A DNA stretch of 64,000 nt from an uncultured Methanomicrobiaceae archaeon (GTDB lineage Archaea > Halobacteriota > Methanomicrobia > Methanomicrobiales > Methanoculleaceae), in the NCBI GenBank assembly GCA_963826525.1, contig CAWGXH010000004.1, forward strand, positions 32,001-96,000. The letters are read 5' to 3'. Each line of letters opens with the position of its first letter. Positions within the stretch are counted from its first letter, which is position 1. The translations under genes were made by a program, and so were the position numbers. The notes beneath the pieces were generated by a model, which worked only from the letters and a program-made list of their open reading frames with translations, made no database searches and was not told the DNA's origin. This document shows, in pieces, positions 33,296-44,733 of this stretch.

Positions 33296-33914
33296 TCACT
33301 GCACGTTCGCCCAGCGTCCCCGGATCTCGTCGATGGAGCAGTGCCGCACCTCCATGAGGCCTGATATAATGGCATCGGCAAAGACGAGGGCGGCGGTCTC
33401 AAAGATGGTCTCGGCCGGGGTGGTCTCTGCGGAGGCCGAGCGGGTACTGCCCCGTGAGCTGGCGGACCTCAAAGTCGGTCGGGACGTCCGGCCGTAAGAG
33501 ATCATGGTTCCCGAGGGTCACCGTGGCATCGGCGATCCGCCCGATAGACGAGTCCGGCGTAGCGGTGATACATGCGATCCGTCCCCCGAGGTCGCGGGCG
33601 ATCTCGCAGGTCTCCACGACGGATTTGGTCTCACCCGATCCTGAGAAGGCCACCAGCAGGTCGCCCTTCCCGAACGCAGGGGTGATCGTCTCCCCGACAA
33701 CATAGGACTCAAACCCGAGATGCATGAGCCTCATGCCGAACGCTCTCCCCACCAGCCCGGATCTGCCCGCACCGACGACGTAGATCCTGTTCGCGGAGAG
33801 GATCTCGTCAAGGAACTGTGCCGCCTCATCCTGGCTGATCGCCCGGGCGGTCTCTTCCACCCGCGATGCCGCATGAAGCATGAGATCAAGAATACTGCAG
33901 CAGTCAACCGGCAT
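33296..33914 (-). CDS. hxlB: 6-phospho-3-hexuloisomerase, SIS domain (frameshift near 33445)
   Basis: GAGRSGLV, MRLMHLG, VGETITP, SGSGET, then TIFETAAL...WANVQ. Confidence 0.88.
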
Positions 33915-33976
33915 ACCGTAGTCTCCAACTATTCTCTTCTGTTCTCCACCTATTTACCGTCTGCGCCGCCGGGGTC

Positions 33977-34849
33977 TCATAGATCGACTGCAAGACCGAG
34001 AATCTCGCTCTTTCCGGTAAAGACGTCGCGGGCGATCCGCACAAGCCCCCGCGCAGCACACCACTCATCGTAGACGGCCACAGGGCGTCCGAGCAGGTCC
34101 TCGACACCGGCGGCGATCACCGGCCCCATCGAGCCGGCGAGCGCCACCTTCGCATCGGGATTCAGGAGAAGCATCGCAGCACACTCCATCGCCGCGAACA
34201 TGGTGAGCGTCGCCACCCGGTGCTCCTCCGGCACCGAGCAGTTCACCCCGGCGCTCAGAAACGCCTCGTTCGCGGTCCACTCGCCCCGGTCGACCTTCCG
34301 GATGGCGTCGACGTCGAGAGCGCCGTGCTGCGTTCCGGGTGCGAAGATACAGGCGTCGAACGCTCCCGTAAGACGGCCGGCCGTAACGAGGAGGGTGACG
34401 GTGTTGGAACTCGTATCGCACACTACCAGATCCCCCCCAAGATCGCGAGCGACCTCGTAAACGATCCCGATCTTCTCGGGGCTCGCCTGGTGAGAGTAGG
34501 CTTTGAACCGCGGATCGGTGGGCGAGCCACGGTGCAACCCCGGAATGACAATTGCCGGCAGGCCTGATCCGGCTATCTCGTCGTAGACCCGCGTGCCTCC
34601 GCCGATATGCTTCCCCGCCCCTTCCCGGCTGACAATGCCGCGGTTCTCAACCTTCCGGATATCGGTGATTGCACTGATACCATCGCCCATGGAGTAGCAG
34701 ACGGCGACCCCTTCGATATCCCCGAGGGGGCAGAGCCGCTTAAGATCCTGAACCTTGAACGTGACTGCGGCCTGGCGGGATATCTTGAACTCCGCCTCCC
34801 CGGATGAAAATCGCATGGCTGTCGTTCCGTGATCGATCCCGATATACAT
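33977..34849 (-). CDS. Methanogenesis marker 12 protein (UPF0285)
   Basis: IGIDHGTTAMRF, YSMGD, SREGAG..IGGGT, YSHQASPEK, DTSSNTV. Confidence 0.85.
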   Translation of the reverse strand: MYIGIDHGTTAMRFSSGEAEFKISRQAAVTFKVQDLKRLCPLGDIEGVAVCYSMGDGISAITDIRKVENRGIVSREGAGKHIGGGTRVYDEIAGSGLPAIVIPGLHRGSPTDPRFKAYSHQASPEKIGIVYEVARDLGGDLVVCDTSSNTVTLLVTAGRLTGAFDACIFAPGTQHGALDVDAIRKVDRGEWTANEAFLSAGVNCSVPEEHRVATLTMFAAMECAAMLLLNPDAKVALAGSMGPVIAAGVEDLLGRPVAVYDEWCAARGLVRIARDVFTGKSEILGLAVDL

Positions 34850-34887
34850 AAGCAGTAATCCTATAGGCATGGTAAGCATATTATTCT

Positions 34888-35821
34888 ATGATGTTCTGTA
34901 TCGTGACCGGCGGTGCCGGGTTCATCGGTTCGCACCTCGTAGACTATCTGGCGGCTCGGGGAGACGAGCTTCTGGTCATCGACGACTGCAGCGGCGGAAG
35001 CCGGAATAACCTCGCGCACCACCTTGCAGACGAACGGATCGTGCTCTGTGAGGAAAACCTCCTCCAGGACGGGTGGCAGCAGCACCTTGCCGGAGCCGAC
35101 CGGGTCTACCACATGGCTGCAGACCCCGATGTGCGGCAGAGCGCTCTCGCGCCGGATACGCAGGTGAACAACAATATCCTGGCCACCTACCGGGTGCTCG
35201 AGGCGATGCGGGCACACGAGGTGCCGGAACTCGTCTTCACCTCGACCTCGACCGTCTACGGAGAGGCCACCGTCATCCCGACACCCGAGACCTACACGCC
35301 GCTTGAACCTATCTCGGTCTACGGTGCGAGCAAACTTGCATGCGAAGCGCTTATCTCATCCTACTGTCACTCCTTCGGGATGCATGCGTGGGTCTACCGG
35401 TTCGCCAACATCATCGGGGAGAGGAGCGGTCACGGAGTCATCTGGGACTTTATCAAAAAACTGCGGGCGAACCCGCGGGAACTCGAGATCCTGGGCGACG
35501 GACGGCAGACAAAGTCCTACCTCGACGTCGGCGAATGTATCCGGGCACTGGAGTTCGGGGTCGCGCACTCCAAAGGCCCGGTCAATACGTTCAATATCGG
35601 ATCCGAAGACTGGATCGATGTCGTGGCCATTGCCGACATCATCGTGGAGGAGATGGGCTCTCTCGGACGTGCAGTATCGGTTCACCGGCGGCAACCGCGG
35701 CTGGGTCGGCGACGTCCCGAGGATGCAGCTTGCTATCGATAAACTGAAGGGGCTCGGCTGGGAGCCGGAGATCACATCACGGGAGAGCGTGCGCCGGGCC
35801 GTCCGCGCCATGCTCGTATAA
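34888..35821 (+). CDS. NAD-dependent epimerase/dehydratase (frameshift near 35660)
   Basis: TGGAGFIGSHL, STSTVYG, YGASK, GWVGDVP. Confidence 0.9.
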
Positions 35822-35832
35822 AGGAGGGACGA

Positions 35833-36297
35833 ATGGACCTTGCTTCAGCACTGCTCCTGATGATCGCAAGCGCTCTGCCCATGATCGAGGCGCGCTACGC
35901 GATCCCCCCCGCCATCCTCTCCGGACAGTTCACCGCACCGGAGGCGTTCCTCCTCGGGTTCATCGGCAACGTCATTCCGGTGATCGTCGTGCTGCTCCTG
36001 CTCGAACCGGTCTCGATCTACCTCAGCACGCATTCACGGCATTTCGAGCGGTTCTTCATCTGGCTCTTTGACCGGACCAGAAAGCACAGCGAACGGTTTG
36101 AAGCGTGGGGCGCTCTCGCCCTGATACCGTTCGTGGCAGTGCCCCTGCCGGTAACCGGGGCATGGACTGCCTGCGTTGCGGCCTTCGTCTTCGGGATTCG
36201 CTTCCGCTACGCGCTCCCCACCATCGCCGCGGGAATCCTGATCGCCGCACTGATAACGACCCTGGCGACCATCGGCCTTGTCGGAGGGCTTTCATGA
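35833..36297 (+). CDS. COG2426 small multidrug export-like membrane protein
   Basis: LPMIEARYAIP, FVAVPLPVTGAWT. Confidence 0.85.
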   Translation: MDLASALLLMIASALPMIEARYAIPPAILSGQFTAPEAFLLGFIGNVIPVIVVLLLLEPVSIYLSTHSRHFERFFIWLFDRTRKHSERFEAWGALALIPFVAVPLPVTGAWTACVAAFVFGIRFRYALPTIAAGILIAALITTLATIGLVGGLS

Positions 36298-37448
36298 AGT
36301 ATATCGTCATCCTCGGCGACGGGATGGCCGACGAACCGCTCGAAGAGCTCGGCGGCAGAACCCCGCTTGAGTACGCCCGCACCCCGAATATGGATCGGAT
36401 CGCCCGGGAGGGGCGCTGCGGCCTTCTGCAGACGGTGCCCGATGCGTTCGAACCGGGGAGCGATATCGCCAACCTCTCGATCCTCGGCTACGACCCGGCC
36501 GAATCCTATACAGGAAGGGGAGCGCTCGAAGCAGCGAGTATCGGGGTCGACCTCGCGGAGGAGGATGTGGCCTACCGCTGCAACCTAGTCACGGTTCGGG
36601 ACGGCATGATGGAAGACTTCAATGCAGGGCATATATCGAGCAGCGAAGGTGCCGGGCTCCTCCGGGACCTCGATACCGTGCTCGAAGAGGTCAGGCTCTA
36701 TCCCGGGATCAGCTACCGGAACCTGATAGTGGTGCCGGGCGGAGAGGGCGCCGCCACCACGCCGCCCCATGACATCGTCGGCCAGCCAATCGAGCCCTAC
36801 CTCCCGAAGGGAGCGGATGCAGAATCCCTTCTCCGGTGCATGAAGGCAAGCCGTGAGGTCTTTGCCGGGCACCCGCTGAACCGGCTCCGGATACAGGAGG
36901 GGAAGCTGCCCGCAACGCAGATATGGCCGTGGAGCGGCGGGAAGAAACCGTATCTACCGCTCTTTGCCGAAAAATACGGCCTCTCGGGCGGAATGATCTC
37001 GGCGGTCGACCTTCTCGGCGGCATCGCACGGCTTGCCGGGATGGAGGTGATCGCCGTTCCCGGGGCCACGGGATACCTCGACACCGACTACGAGGCCAAG
37101 GCACGCTACGCCGCCGAAGCTCTCGGGCACCTCGACTTCGTCTACATGCACGTCGAGGCTCCGGATGAAGCGGGGCATATGGGGAGCGTCGAAGAGAAGG
37201 TGCGGGCGATCGAGCGGCTCGACGAGGTTATCGGCCTGATCCTCGACGTACCCGATCTCGTCGTGGCAGTGCTCCCCGATCACCCGACACCGATCCGCAC
37301 GAAGACGCACAGCCGCGATCCCGTGCCGTTCGCCGTCCTTGGAAAGGGGACGGATGCCACAGCGGCTTTTTCCGAGAGAGAGGCGGCATCGGGATCCTAC
37401 GGCCTCATGCAGGCGAAGGACTTCCTCGAGATGCTCTTCTCGGCATAA
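36294..37448 (+). CDS. apgM: Cofactor-independent phosphoglycerate mutase
   Basis: ILGDGMAD, PGSDIAN, GRGALEA, HVEAPDEAGH, PDHPTP. Confidence 0.92.
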   Translation: MKYIVILGDGMADEPLEELGGRTPLEYARTPNMDRIAREGRCGLLQTVPDAFEPGSDIANLSILGYDPAESYTGRGALEAASIGVDLAEEDVAYRCNLVTVRDGMMEDFNAGHISSSEGAGLLRDLDTVLEEVRLYPGISYRNLIVVPGGEGAATTPPHDIVGQPIEPYLPKGADAESLLRCMKASREVFAGHPLNRLRIQEGKLPATQIWPWSGGKKPYLPLFAEKYGLSGGMISAVDLLGGIARLAGMEVIAVPGATGYLDTDYEAKARYAAEALGHLDFVYMHVEAPDEAGHMGSVEEKVRAIERLDEVIGLILDVPDLVVAVLPDHPTPIRTKTHSRDPVPFAVLGKGTDATAAFSEREAASGSYGLMQAKDFLEMLFSA

Positions 37449-37480
37449 CCGGAAGACCGCCCGCAAGCCCACAGACGACC

Positions 37481-39028
37481 ATGAAAGAACCGGCATCAAT
37501 CGATATTGCAGAGAAGATCCGCAGGATCGAAGAAGAGATCGGACACCTCGCGCCGCTCCAGAAGGTGCTGCTGGGTACCGATGGTTCGGTAACACGTCTG
37601 CTCGAGATGGCGACCGGCCACCCTATCGAGGTCGTCACCCTGCTACAGGAGGTGACGCCGGCAGGCCCCGAGACCGCCGCGGAACTCGGGGTCGAACCGG
37701 GCGACGCCGTGAACTACCGGGTGGTGGAACTGAAAGACGGCCTGACCGGCGCTACCCTCATCTACGCCGTCTCTTTCACACCGCTTCAGCGTCTTGCACC
37801 CGACTTCAGAGACGATCTCCTCAAGGCGGATATCCCTATCGGCAGGATCCTTCAGCGGCACCGGATTGAATCGCGGCGGGAGATCACCGACGTCCGCATC
37901 ATCCCTGCAGACCCGCAACTCGGCAGGGCATTCAATATTCATCAGCAACAGACGCTGCTGTCGCGGAAGTACCGCATCATTCACAATCGGCAGCCGCTGA
38001 TTGCCATCGAGGAGATATTTCCCTCCACTTCGTTCTCCGGGAGAAAGCGTGTGGTGGTGAATGCACCGTCACGCATTCATATCACCCTGCTCGACATGAA
38101 CGGCAGTCTCGGGAGAGTGGACGGAGGCATCGGGATAGCACTCGATCATCCTGCCACTATTCTCGATGCACGCGAAAGTGCCGATCTTGTCGTGTACGGA
38201 GGCGATGACGACACCAGGCATCGTGTCAGAGAGACCGCCCGGGCGACGATGGATCACTTCTCGCTGCCGGGCGGAGCGGAGATAACCGTGCACGACACGA
38301 TCGGGCAGCATGTCGGCCTCGGCAGCGGGACGGCGCTCGCCCTTGGCGCGGGGAGTGCCCTCTGCAGACTCTACGGCCGGGACGCCGCAGTCCGCGACCT
38401 TGCGAAGATCGTCGGGCGCGGCGGAACGTCCGGCATCGGGACGGCGGTCTTCGAGCAGGGCGGATTTATCCTCGACGGCGGACACCGGCTCGGGCAACCC
38501 GGTGGAAAGGTGGATTTCCGGCCATCCGCCGCGTCCCGCGGGATTGAGCCGCCGCCCGTCATCACCCGGCACCCGTTTCCCGAAGACTGGCAGATCCTGC
38601 TGGTCACGCCGAACGGCGGCACCGGCGTGCATGGGGCAACCGAGATCGATCTCTTCCGGGCGCACTGCCCCGTGCCGCTCGGCGAGGTGCGGGAACTCTG
38701 CCACGACGTGCTGATGCGGCTGATCCCCGGACTGATCGAGCACGACCTGGACACCTTCGGCACCGCCATAAGCCGGATCCAGCACCTGGGCTTTAAGAAA
38801 GTCGAACTCGCCGTGCAGCCGCCGGTTGTCCCGTCACTCATGGAGGCGCTGACTGACGCAGGTGCCGCAGGAGCAGGCTTAAGCTCGTTCGGCCCGACGG
38901 TCTATGCCATCGGCGATTCCGGCATGGACGACATCATCAGGGCGGCGAAAGAGACGCTCGGCGATCCCGGAGGAGCCATCGTCCTTACGAAGGCCAGGAA
39001 CACCGGGGCAGACGTAACGGCACTATGA
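37481..39028 (+). CDS. Fusion of a chorismate-lyase/DUF98-like domain with beta-RFAP synthase (GHMP kinase fold)
   Basis: N: LLGTDGSVTRLLE...DIPIGRIL..H.IESRREI...IEEIFP; C: PSRIHITL.D, RVDGGIG, HVGLGSGT, GRGGTSGIG, SSFGPT. Confidence 0.85.
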   Translation: MKEPASIDIAEKIRRIEEEIGHLAPLQKVLLGTDGSVTRLLEMATGHPIEVVTLLQEVTPAGPETAAELGVEPGDAVNYRVVELKDGLTGATLIYAVSFTPLQRLAPDFRDDLLKADIPIGRILQRHRIESRREITDVRIIPADPQLGRAFNIHQQQTLLSRKYRIIHNRQPLIAIEEIFPSTSFSGRKRVVVNAPSRIHITLLDMNGSLGRVDGGIGIALDHPATILDARESADLVVYGGDDDTRHRVRETARATMDHFSLPGGAEITVHDTIGQHVGLGSGTALALGAGSALCRLYGRDAAVRDLAKIVGRGGTSGIGTAVFEQGGFILDGGHRLGQPGGKVDFRPSAASRGIEPPPVITRHPFPEDWQILLVTPNGGTGVHGATEIDLFRAHCPVPLGEVRELCHDVLMRLIPGLIEHDLDTFGTAISRIQHLGFKKVELAVQPPVVPSLMEALTDAGAAGAGLSSFGPTVYAIGDSGMDDIIRAAKETLGDPGGAIVLTKARNTGADVTAL

Positions 39029-39781
39029 CGCGTCGCCGCCACCCGGCCGGCAGATTCGTTCGGAGCCGTTGAGAGCCGCCGCATAGGGCGGGTACCCCTG
39101 CCATGCAGTGCGGGGATGTATGCAGTTCTCCGGAAGTGCGGAACTCCCGTTCCGCCAGCTTCATGTCCGGGCGGAGGCCGTTCCTCCCCCGGTTTTCCAG
39201 TACGTGTCACCGTACCGGGGATGAGCGCCTTTGGAGATACCGGTTACCATCTCGGATGCGGGGCAGTGCAGGAATGAACCTACGTTCCCTTTTAACAGCC
39301 ACGCGCGCAGCCTCAGCCACGTTCCCACTTCAGGCTTATTAAAGCTCGTATTTAAGGGAATCGGGCACAGAAAAGGCCCATTATCACCAAGGGATCTTCA
39401 GAAAGAGGTTATTTTGAAACGTCGGCATGAAGGCATGCTGACGGCAATTATTGCCGGGAGCCGGAAAAGATGAGGCTATCGGAACCGGTTCATCAAATAA
39501 AACAATTCTAACCGTGCAAGAGGAAGACGAAGATGCCCGGCGGCTAATTTACCAACATAATATTAATAGTTATCCCACATTAGATTCTGTTTTAAACAAC
39601 CAATATTCCAATTATAATTGTAAAAAATACACTAATATTAAAATAAAGTGATCTTTTGCACGATTCAAAATGTTGCTGCTATAAATAATAGAATTTCAAA
39701 AAAATACTGAGGGGATGACCTCTCAGCGCCATCATGGAGACAATTCAGAAGTTTCCTGGAGGCAGTTAAGGAGAAGAATGC

Positions 39782-42291
39782 ATGAGAACAACCCTACTTA
39801 TAGGCTTTGATCCTGTGCACGGCTTTTGCACTGGTTTCACCGGCACTGGCTGCAGAAAGCCAGGCGGTGTCTTCAGATGCCTACGATATCACCGTGTACA
39901 TCGACGGCACGAGGATCGTTGCAGAAGATAGCAACGGTCAGGTGATCAGCGACGGAACAGCTGGAATAGATGACGACAGAGTCGTTCAAACTGCACTGAA
40001 AGTCTGTCGGCAACGGCATCGTACTCCTTCAGTCCGGAGCCTACACCCTGAAGACTCCCATCGAGGTAAAGGTCTCCAACCCCGAGCCGGCCGGCCTGAC
40101 CGTCTCATCGACGCCGCCAGGGGCTGGAATCTATCTGGACGGGGCAGACACCGGGAAAGTAACACCATATACGCTCACCGGGATCTCACCCGGAGTCCAT
40201 GAGGTATCTGTCGCACTCCCGGGTTACGTCACACCCACCGCGAAGACCGTAACGGTAATCGCCGGAGAGACGGCAACCACCAGTTTCACTCTCAGCCCGG
40301 AGGGTTCCTCCGATTCACAGAAACCCTACAAGGCACACGCTATCCCCGGCCGGATCAACTTCGTTGACTTCGACTACGGCGAAGAGGGTGCCGCCTACCA
40401 CGACACCGTGGCAGGCAACCAGGGCGGCTACTCGTACCGCACCGATAACGCCGATGTGGACATCGGCGAAAGAACCGGCCTCGACGTGCCGGTTATTGCC
40501 TACACCTACCCCGAAGAGTGGATTACATTCTCCGAGGTAACAGTGGCCACGACGAACACCTATGCTGCCACGTTCTACACGAGCACCACAGAGAGCGGCA
40601 AGTCCTTCTCGGTCCTGGTGGACGGGAAGAAAGTCGCGACCGTCAATGCTCCGAACACCGGCAGTCGGTATACGTTCAACCCGACCACCGTGCAGATTCC
40701 GCTCACCAGCGGGAAGCACACCATGCAGATCACCATGGATACCGGATCGTTAGACCTGGCGTACGTCGTGTTCGCAGCGGCGGCATCACCGACCCCGACC
40801 CCGACGTCGACACCGACCCCCACAGTGACTCCCACGCCAACACCGACGGCAGGCACGCCTGATCTCGTCGTGACCGATATCTCCTGGACACCGACAACTC
40901 CGGTAACCGGCGATGCGATCACAATGAAAGCGACGATCAAGAACCAGGGCACTGTTGCAACACCGTCCGGCATCGTCCACGGCGTGGCCTTCACCTCAGA
41001 CGGCAACCTTGGATCCGCGGTCTGGTCTGACAGTCACACGGCTTCCATCGCTCCCGGCGCATCGGTCACGGTGACCGCGAACGGCGGCTCTGCCGGTGCG
41101 ACCTGGACTGCGGCTGCAGGTACCTACACAATTACTGCGACGGTCGACGACATGAGCCGGATCGCAGAGAGCAACGAGAACAACAACGTATTCACCAAGA
41201 CGATGACGGTGAACGCGCCTACGTCGACGCCGACGCCGACACCCACCACAACACCGAGACCCACCGTAACGCCGACGCCCACGGTAACCCCATCACCGAC
41301 TCCCAGCCAGAATACCTACGGAGCGGATGCCAACCCCACCGGAAGCCCGGTTGGAGGAGGGAACGGGTATAAGAACTACGTGAGCCGGAACAACGCAGAC
41401 TTCATCGTCGACACGACAAGCGAGCTCGTGAGCGCACTCAGCTCGGCGCAGTCCGGCGACATCATCTGGGTCGAGGGGAACGCAAACATCGACATGAGCA
41501 GCCGAACCACCACGATACGCAGCGGGGTCACCCTTGCAAGCGACCGGGGCCTGGATGGGTCCGCAGGCGGCAGGATCTACCAGACATCTGCTGGAAGCCG
41601 GCTGTTTACAATCGGCGGTCAGAATGTGAGGATCAGCGGCCTTCGTATCGAGGGACCGCAGAAGGACACCAGTGCGTCATCGACGAACGTTGGTATCTAC
41701 ACCTCCTACCGGAACCTCGAAGTGGACAACTGTGAGCTCTTCGGCTGGGGCAATGCCGCAATCGGTATTGCCGGCACCGGCGGATCCGACATGAAGACCG
41801 GCGCGTACATCCACCACAACTACATCCACCACAACCAGGTGGCCGGTCTCGGGTACGGCGTCTGCTTATCCAGCGGCGGTGTAGCTCTCGTCGAGGCGAA
41901 CTACTTCGACTACTGCCGACACGCTATCACCGGCGCCGGGAACCCCGGAGATGGGTATGAGGCGAGGTACAACATCTGCGGTCCGAACTGGATCACCACG
42001 TCTCCCCACAACTTCGACATGCACGGAACATCGTCCGGCTCCACCACGATCGCCGGAGACACGATCATAATCCACCACAACACGTTCCTGGGTACAACCT
42101 CCCAGATGCCGACGTGCATTGCCATCCGGGGTGTCCCCCGTGACGGCGCATACATCGACCACAACTGGTTCTACTTCACCAGGGATGCACCCGTCTGGCA
42201 GACCGGTGGAAAAACAGGGATCAGCATGACGAACAACCTGATCGGCGCAAGTGGAACTCTCTCCGTATCGGGTCCGATCAAGTATTACTAA
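39782..42291 (+). CDS. Secreted multidomain protein: PEGA, CBM6/35-like, CARDB, Thr-Pro linkers and a right-handed beta-helix (frameshifts near 39805 and 40005)
   Basis: Signal peptide; TPYTLTGISPGVHEVSV..PGY (PEGA); IPGRI..VDFDYG.EGAAYHDT (CBM); PDLVVTDISW...ESNENNN (CARDB); IHHNYIHHN repeats. Confidence 0.75.
40786..40850 (+). repeat. Thr-Pro low-complexity linker 1
   Basis: SPTPTPTSTPTPTVTPTPTPT, degenerate 6-nt coding repeat. Confidence 0.8.
41218..41305 (+). repeat. Thr-Pro low-complexity linker 2
   Basis: PTSTPTPTPTTTPRPTVTPTPTVTPSPTPS. Confidence 0.8.
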
Positions 42292-42549
42292 CGGAAGAAC
42301 GGGCAGGAAAGGTCAAGAACGACCCTTCAATGCACCTTCCTTTTTTTCTGTGAGAGTTCTGTTAAACTATCAGATGCGATCCAGCGGAACTATCCATGGC
42401 ACCCGGCAGTAGAGCCTAAACCCGGGATCATGCTGAAAGATTGCACCCACCAGGCACTCGTGTATGGTAAAATCGGATTGCACTACTGGCCGGCAATGCG
42501 CTTTTCAGCAATAAGTATATAGGCTAAAGGAGCCAGACACGGGAGTCGA

Positions 42550-44133
42550 GTGCGCCCGGGAGAAGTATTTCTTATTGCTCTAATCCTGCTCTGTGCCGCG
42601 ATGGCCATCCTATCGGCAGTAGAATCCACCTCCACCGAATCCCCTGCGGCAGTTCCGATTTCGGCATCCTTATCGCCCGATCCGGAACAGACCTTCGGCG
42701 CCGAATCGAACCCCACCGGCAGTCCCATCAGCGGGGGCGATGGCTACCACGATATCATCACGCCGATGGATAGCAGGGTGACTACTATCGTCACATCCGC
42801 CGACGAGTTGCTCACTGCTCTCCGGGACGCAGAGGACGGAGATGTGATCTACATCGATGAAAAAGCCCAGATCAATGTTGCGGATGTCCCGAAAGGAGTG
42901 ACCATCCCCGCTGGTGTAACGCTTGCCAGCAACCGGGGAGCGAGAAACGCAACCGGATCGGCAGTATATTCGTTCACCATCGAGGAGCCGGGAGAGTATA
43001 CTCTCTGGGGTCTTGTATCCGCATCCGATGAGAACGATAATTCATTCTGGGTTCGGGTTGACGGTGAGGAGAGCCGCCGGTGGGACCTGGAACCGGGTTT
43101 TGACTGGCACTGGATCAGGGAAGGATCCCACAATCTCTCCGCCGGAAAACAGACCCTGACCGTCCAGTGGCGGGAGGACGGTTCGAAACTCGATGGGATC
43201 CTCATCACAGGCGAACAGGGCTACGTTCCTGGTGCTGCCGTGGAAGAGCGAAACGGAGGGGGGCAGCTCTGGATAGAGGCAGAATCAGGGGCACTCACAT
43301 TTCCTATGGAGACAGTCCAGGATCCCAGAGCGTCGGGCGGGACGTACATCGCAGTTCCCGAAGGTTCCGGTATGGGTAATCCCCCAATCTCCCCGGGCGG
43401 GAGGATCTTCCTGACAGCAGCAGACGCCAGGTACCCGGTCGCACTCATTGCAGGAGGAGAGCAAGTACGGATCACCGGCCTCTGTATAGAGGGGCCGGAT
43501 ACAACAGTCGAAAGCGTGGATCACCCGGCCTATGGAATCCAGTCCTCTTACCGGAACCTCGAGGTGGACAACTGCGAGATCTCCGGTTGGAGCGGTGCCG
43601 CGATCAGTATTTCCGGCACAGGAGGTTCGGAGATGAAGACCGGCGGGTACATCCACCACAATTACATCCACCACAACCAGATGGCCGGCCTTGGATACGG
43701 CATCGTGGTATCCAACGGCGGGTTAGCTCTGATCGAGGCGAACTACTTCGACTATTGCCGGCACGCTATCGCCGGAACCGGGGTCGCCGGAGATGGATAC
43801 GAAGCAAGGTACAATATCTGCGGTCAGAACTTCATCGCAGGTTCTTCCCACAACTTCGACATGCACGGTGTAGCCGCAGGCTCCGGCACGATCGCAGGAG
43901 ACACGATCCGGATCCACCACAACACGTTCACGGCTACGGGTCCCTTGAACGCGTTCCCGGTTGCCATCCGGGGCGTTCCACGTGACGGCGCATACATCGA
44001 CCACAACTGGTTCTACTTCACCCGCGACGCACCAGTCTGGCAGACGGGAGGGCAGGGGAAGATTTTCATGACGGACAACCTGATCGGGCAGGCCGGAGCC
44101 TTCTCCGCATCGGGTCCGGTCAAGTACTACTGA
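42550..44133 (+). CDS. Exported beta-helix protein, paralog of the upstream gene, with an inserted CBM-like module
   Basis: Hydrophobic N-terminus; FGAESNPTGSPISGG start and a C-terminal region closely matching the upstream gene through GPVKYY. Confidence 0.8.
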   Translation: MRPGEVFLIALILLCAAMAILSAVESTSTESPAAVPISASLSPDPEQTFGAESNPTGSPISGGDGYHDIITPMDSRVTTIVTSADELLTALRDAEDGDVIYIDEKAQINVADVPKGVTIPAGVTLASNRGARNATGSAVYSFTIEEPGEYTLWGLVSASDENDNSFWVRVDGEESRRWDLEPGFDWHWIREGSHNLSAGKQTLTVQWREDGSKLDGILITGEQGYVPGAAVEERNGGGQLWIEAESGALTFPMETVQDPRASGGTYIAVPEGSGMGNPPISPGGRIFLTAADARYPVALIAGGEQVRITGLCIEGPDTTVESVDHPAYGIQSSYRNLEVDNCEISGWSGAAISISGTGGSEMKTGGYIHHNYIHHNQMAGLGYGIVVSNGGLALIEANYFDYCRHAIAGTGVAGDGYEARYNICGQNFIAGSSHNFDMHGVAAGSGTIAGDTIRIHHNTFTATGPLNAFPVAIRGVPRDGAYIDHNWFYFTRDAPVWQTGGQGKIFMTDNLIGQAGAFSASGPVKYY

Positions 44134-44733
44134 ACAGGATCACCTTCGGATGAACTCGATACGCCGACTTGCGGCAGGGTGTATCAGTGCCGCTCGCTCC
44201 TCGCAAGGATGAAGGCGGGGATATAATCGGGCTCGTCGGATCCCGGCAAGAAACGATTTGAGGGAGGCCGGGAGGCGGGGCACATGATTCCTGGCATACA
44301 GCATTCCTCAGGAAGAAGGTACTCCCCCCATCTCTCTGCAGGAAGACAGGTCTTCCTTCTAAAGAGAGCCCAACAGAGGCCCAAAAATACAGCTTCTCGT
44401 TGCCTGTACGATGCATATGCCGACGCTCGATACACCGGTCGAAACAGGTTGTTCGAGGGAATTTTCCACGGAAAACTAATCCCATAAACAGCAACATATT
44501 CAGGCGCCGTATGTGTCCGTTCAGTCAAGTGTTTCAGAGGGTTCGAGACGCCCATCTTTGAGGCGATGAGATCGAGACATTTCTTCGTTGCGTTCAGATC
44601 GCTCTCGCATACCCCGGAATAGGAGCTGTTCTGACCCGCAGAGGGAATGTGCTGAAACCCCTCGTCACCAACACCCCGGTGACGGCAAGCTTAGGTTTAT
44701 TAGGGTTGAGCATTGAAAGGGGGTTCATCAGAG

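Noticed and set aside
40786-41305. CRISPR array or DNA satellite
   Set aside because: Degenerate codon repeats encoding Thr-Pro linkers; no repeat-spacer pattern here or elsewhere in the window
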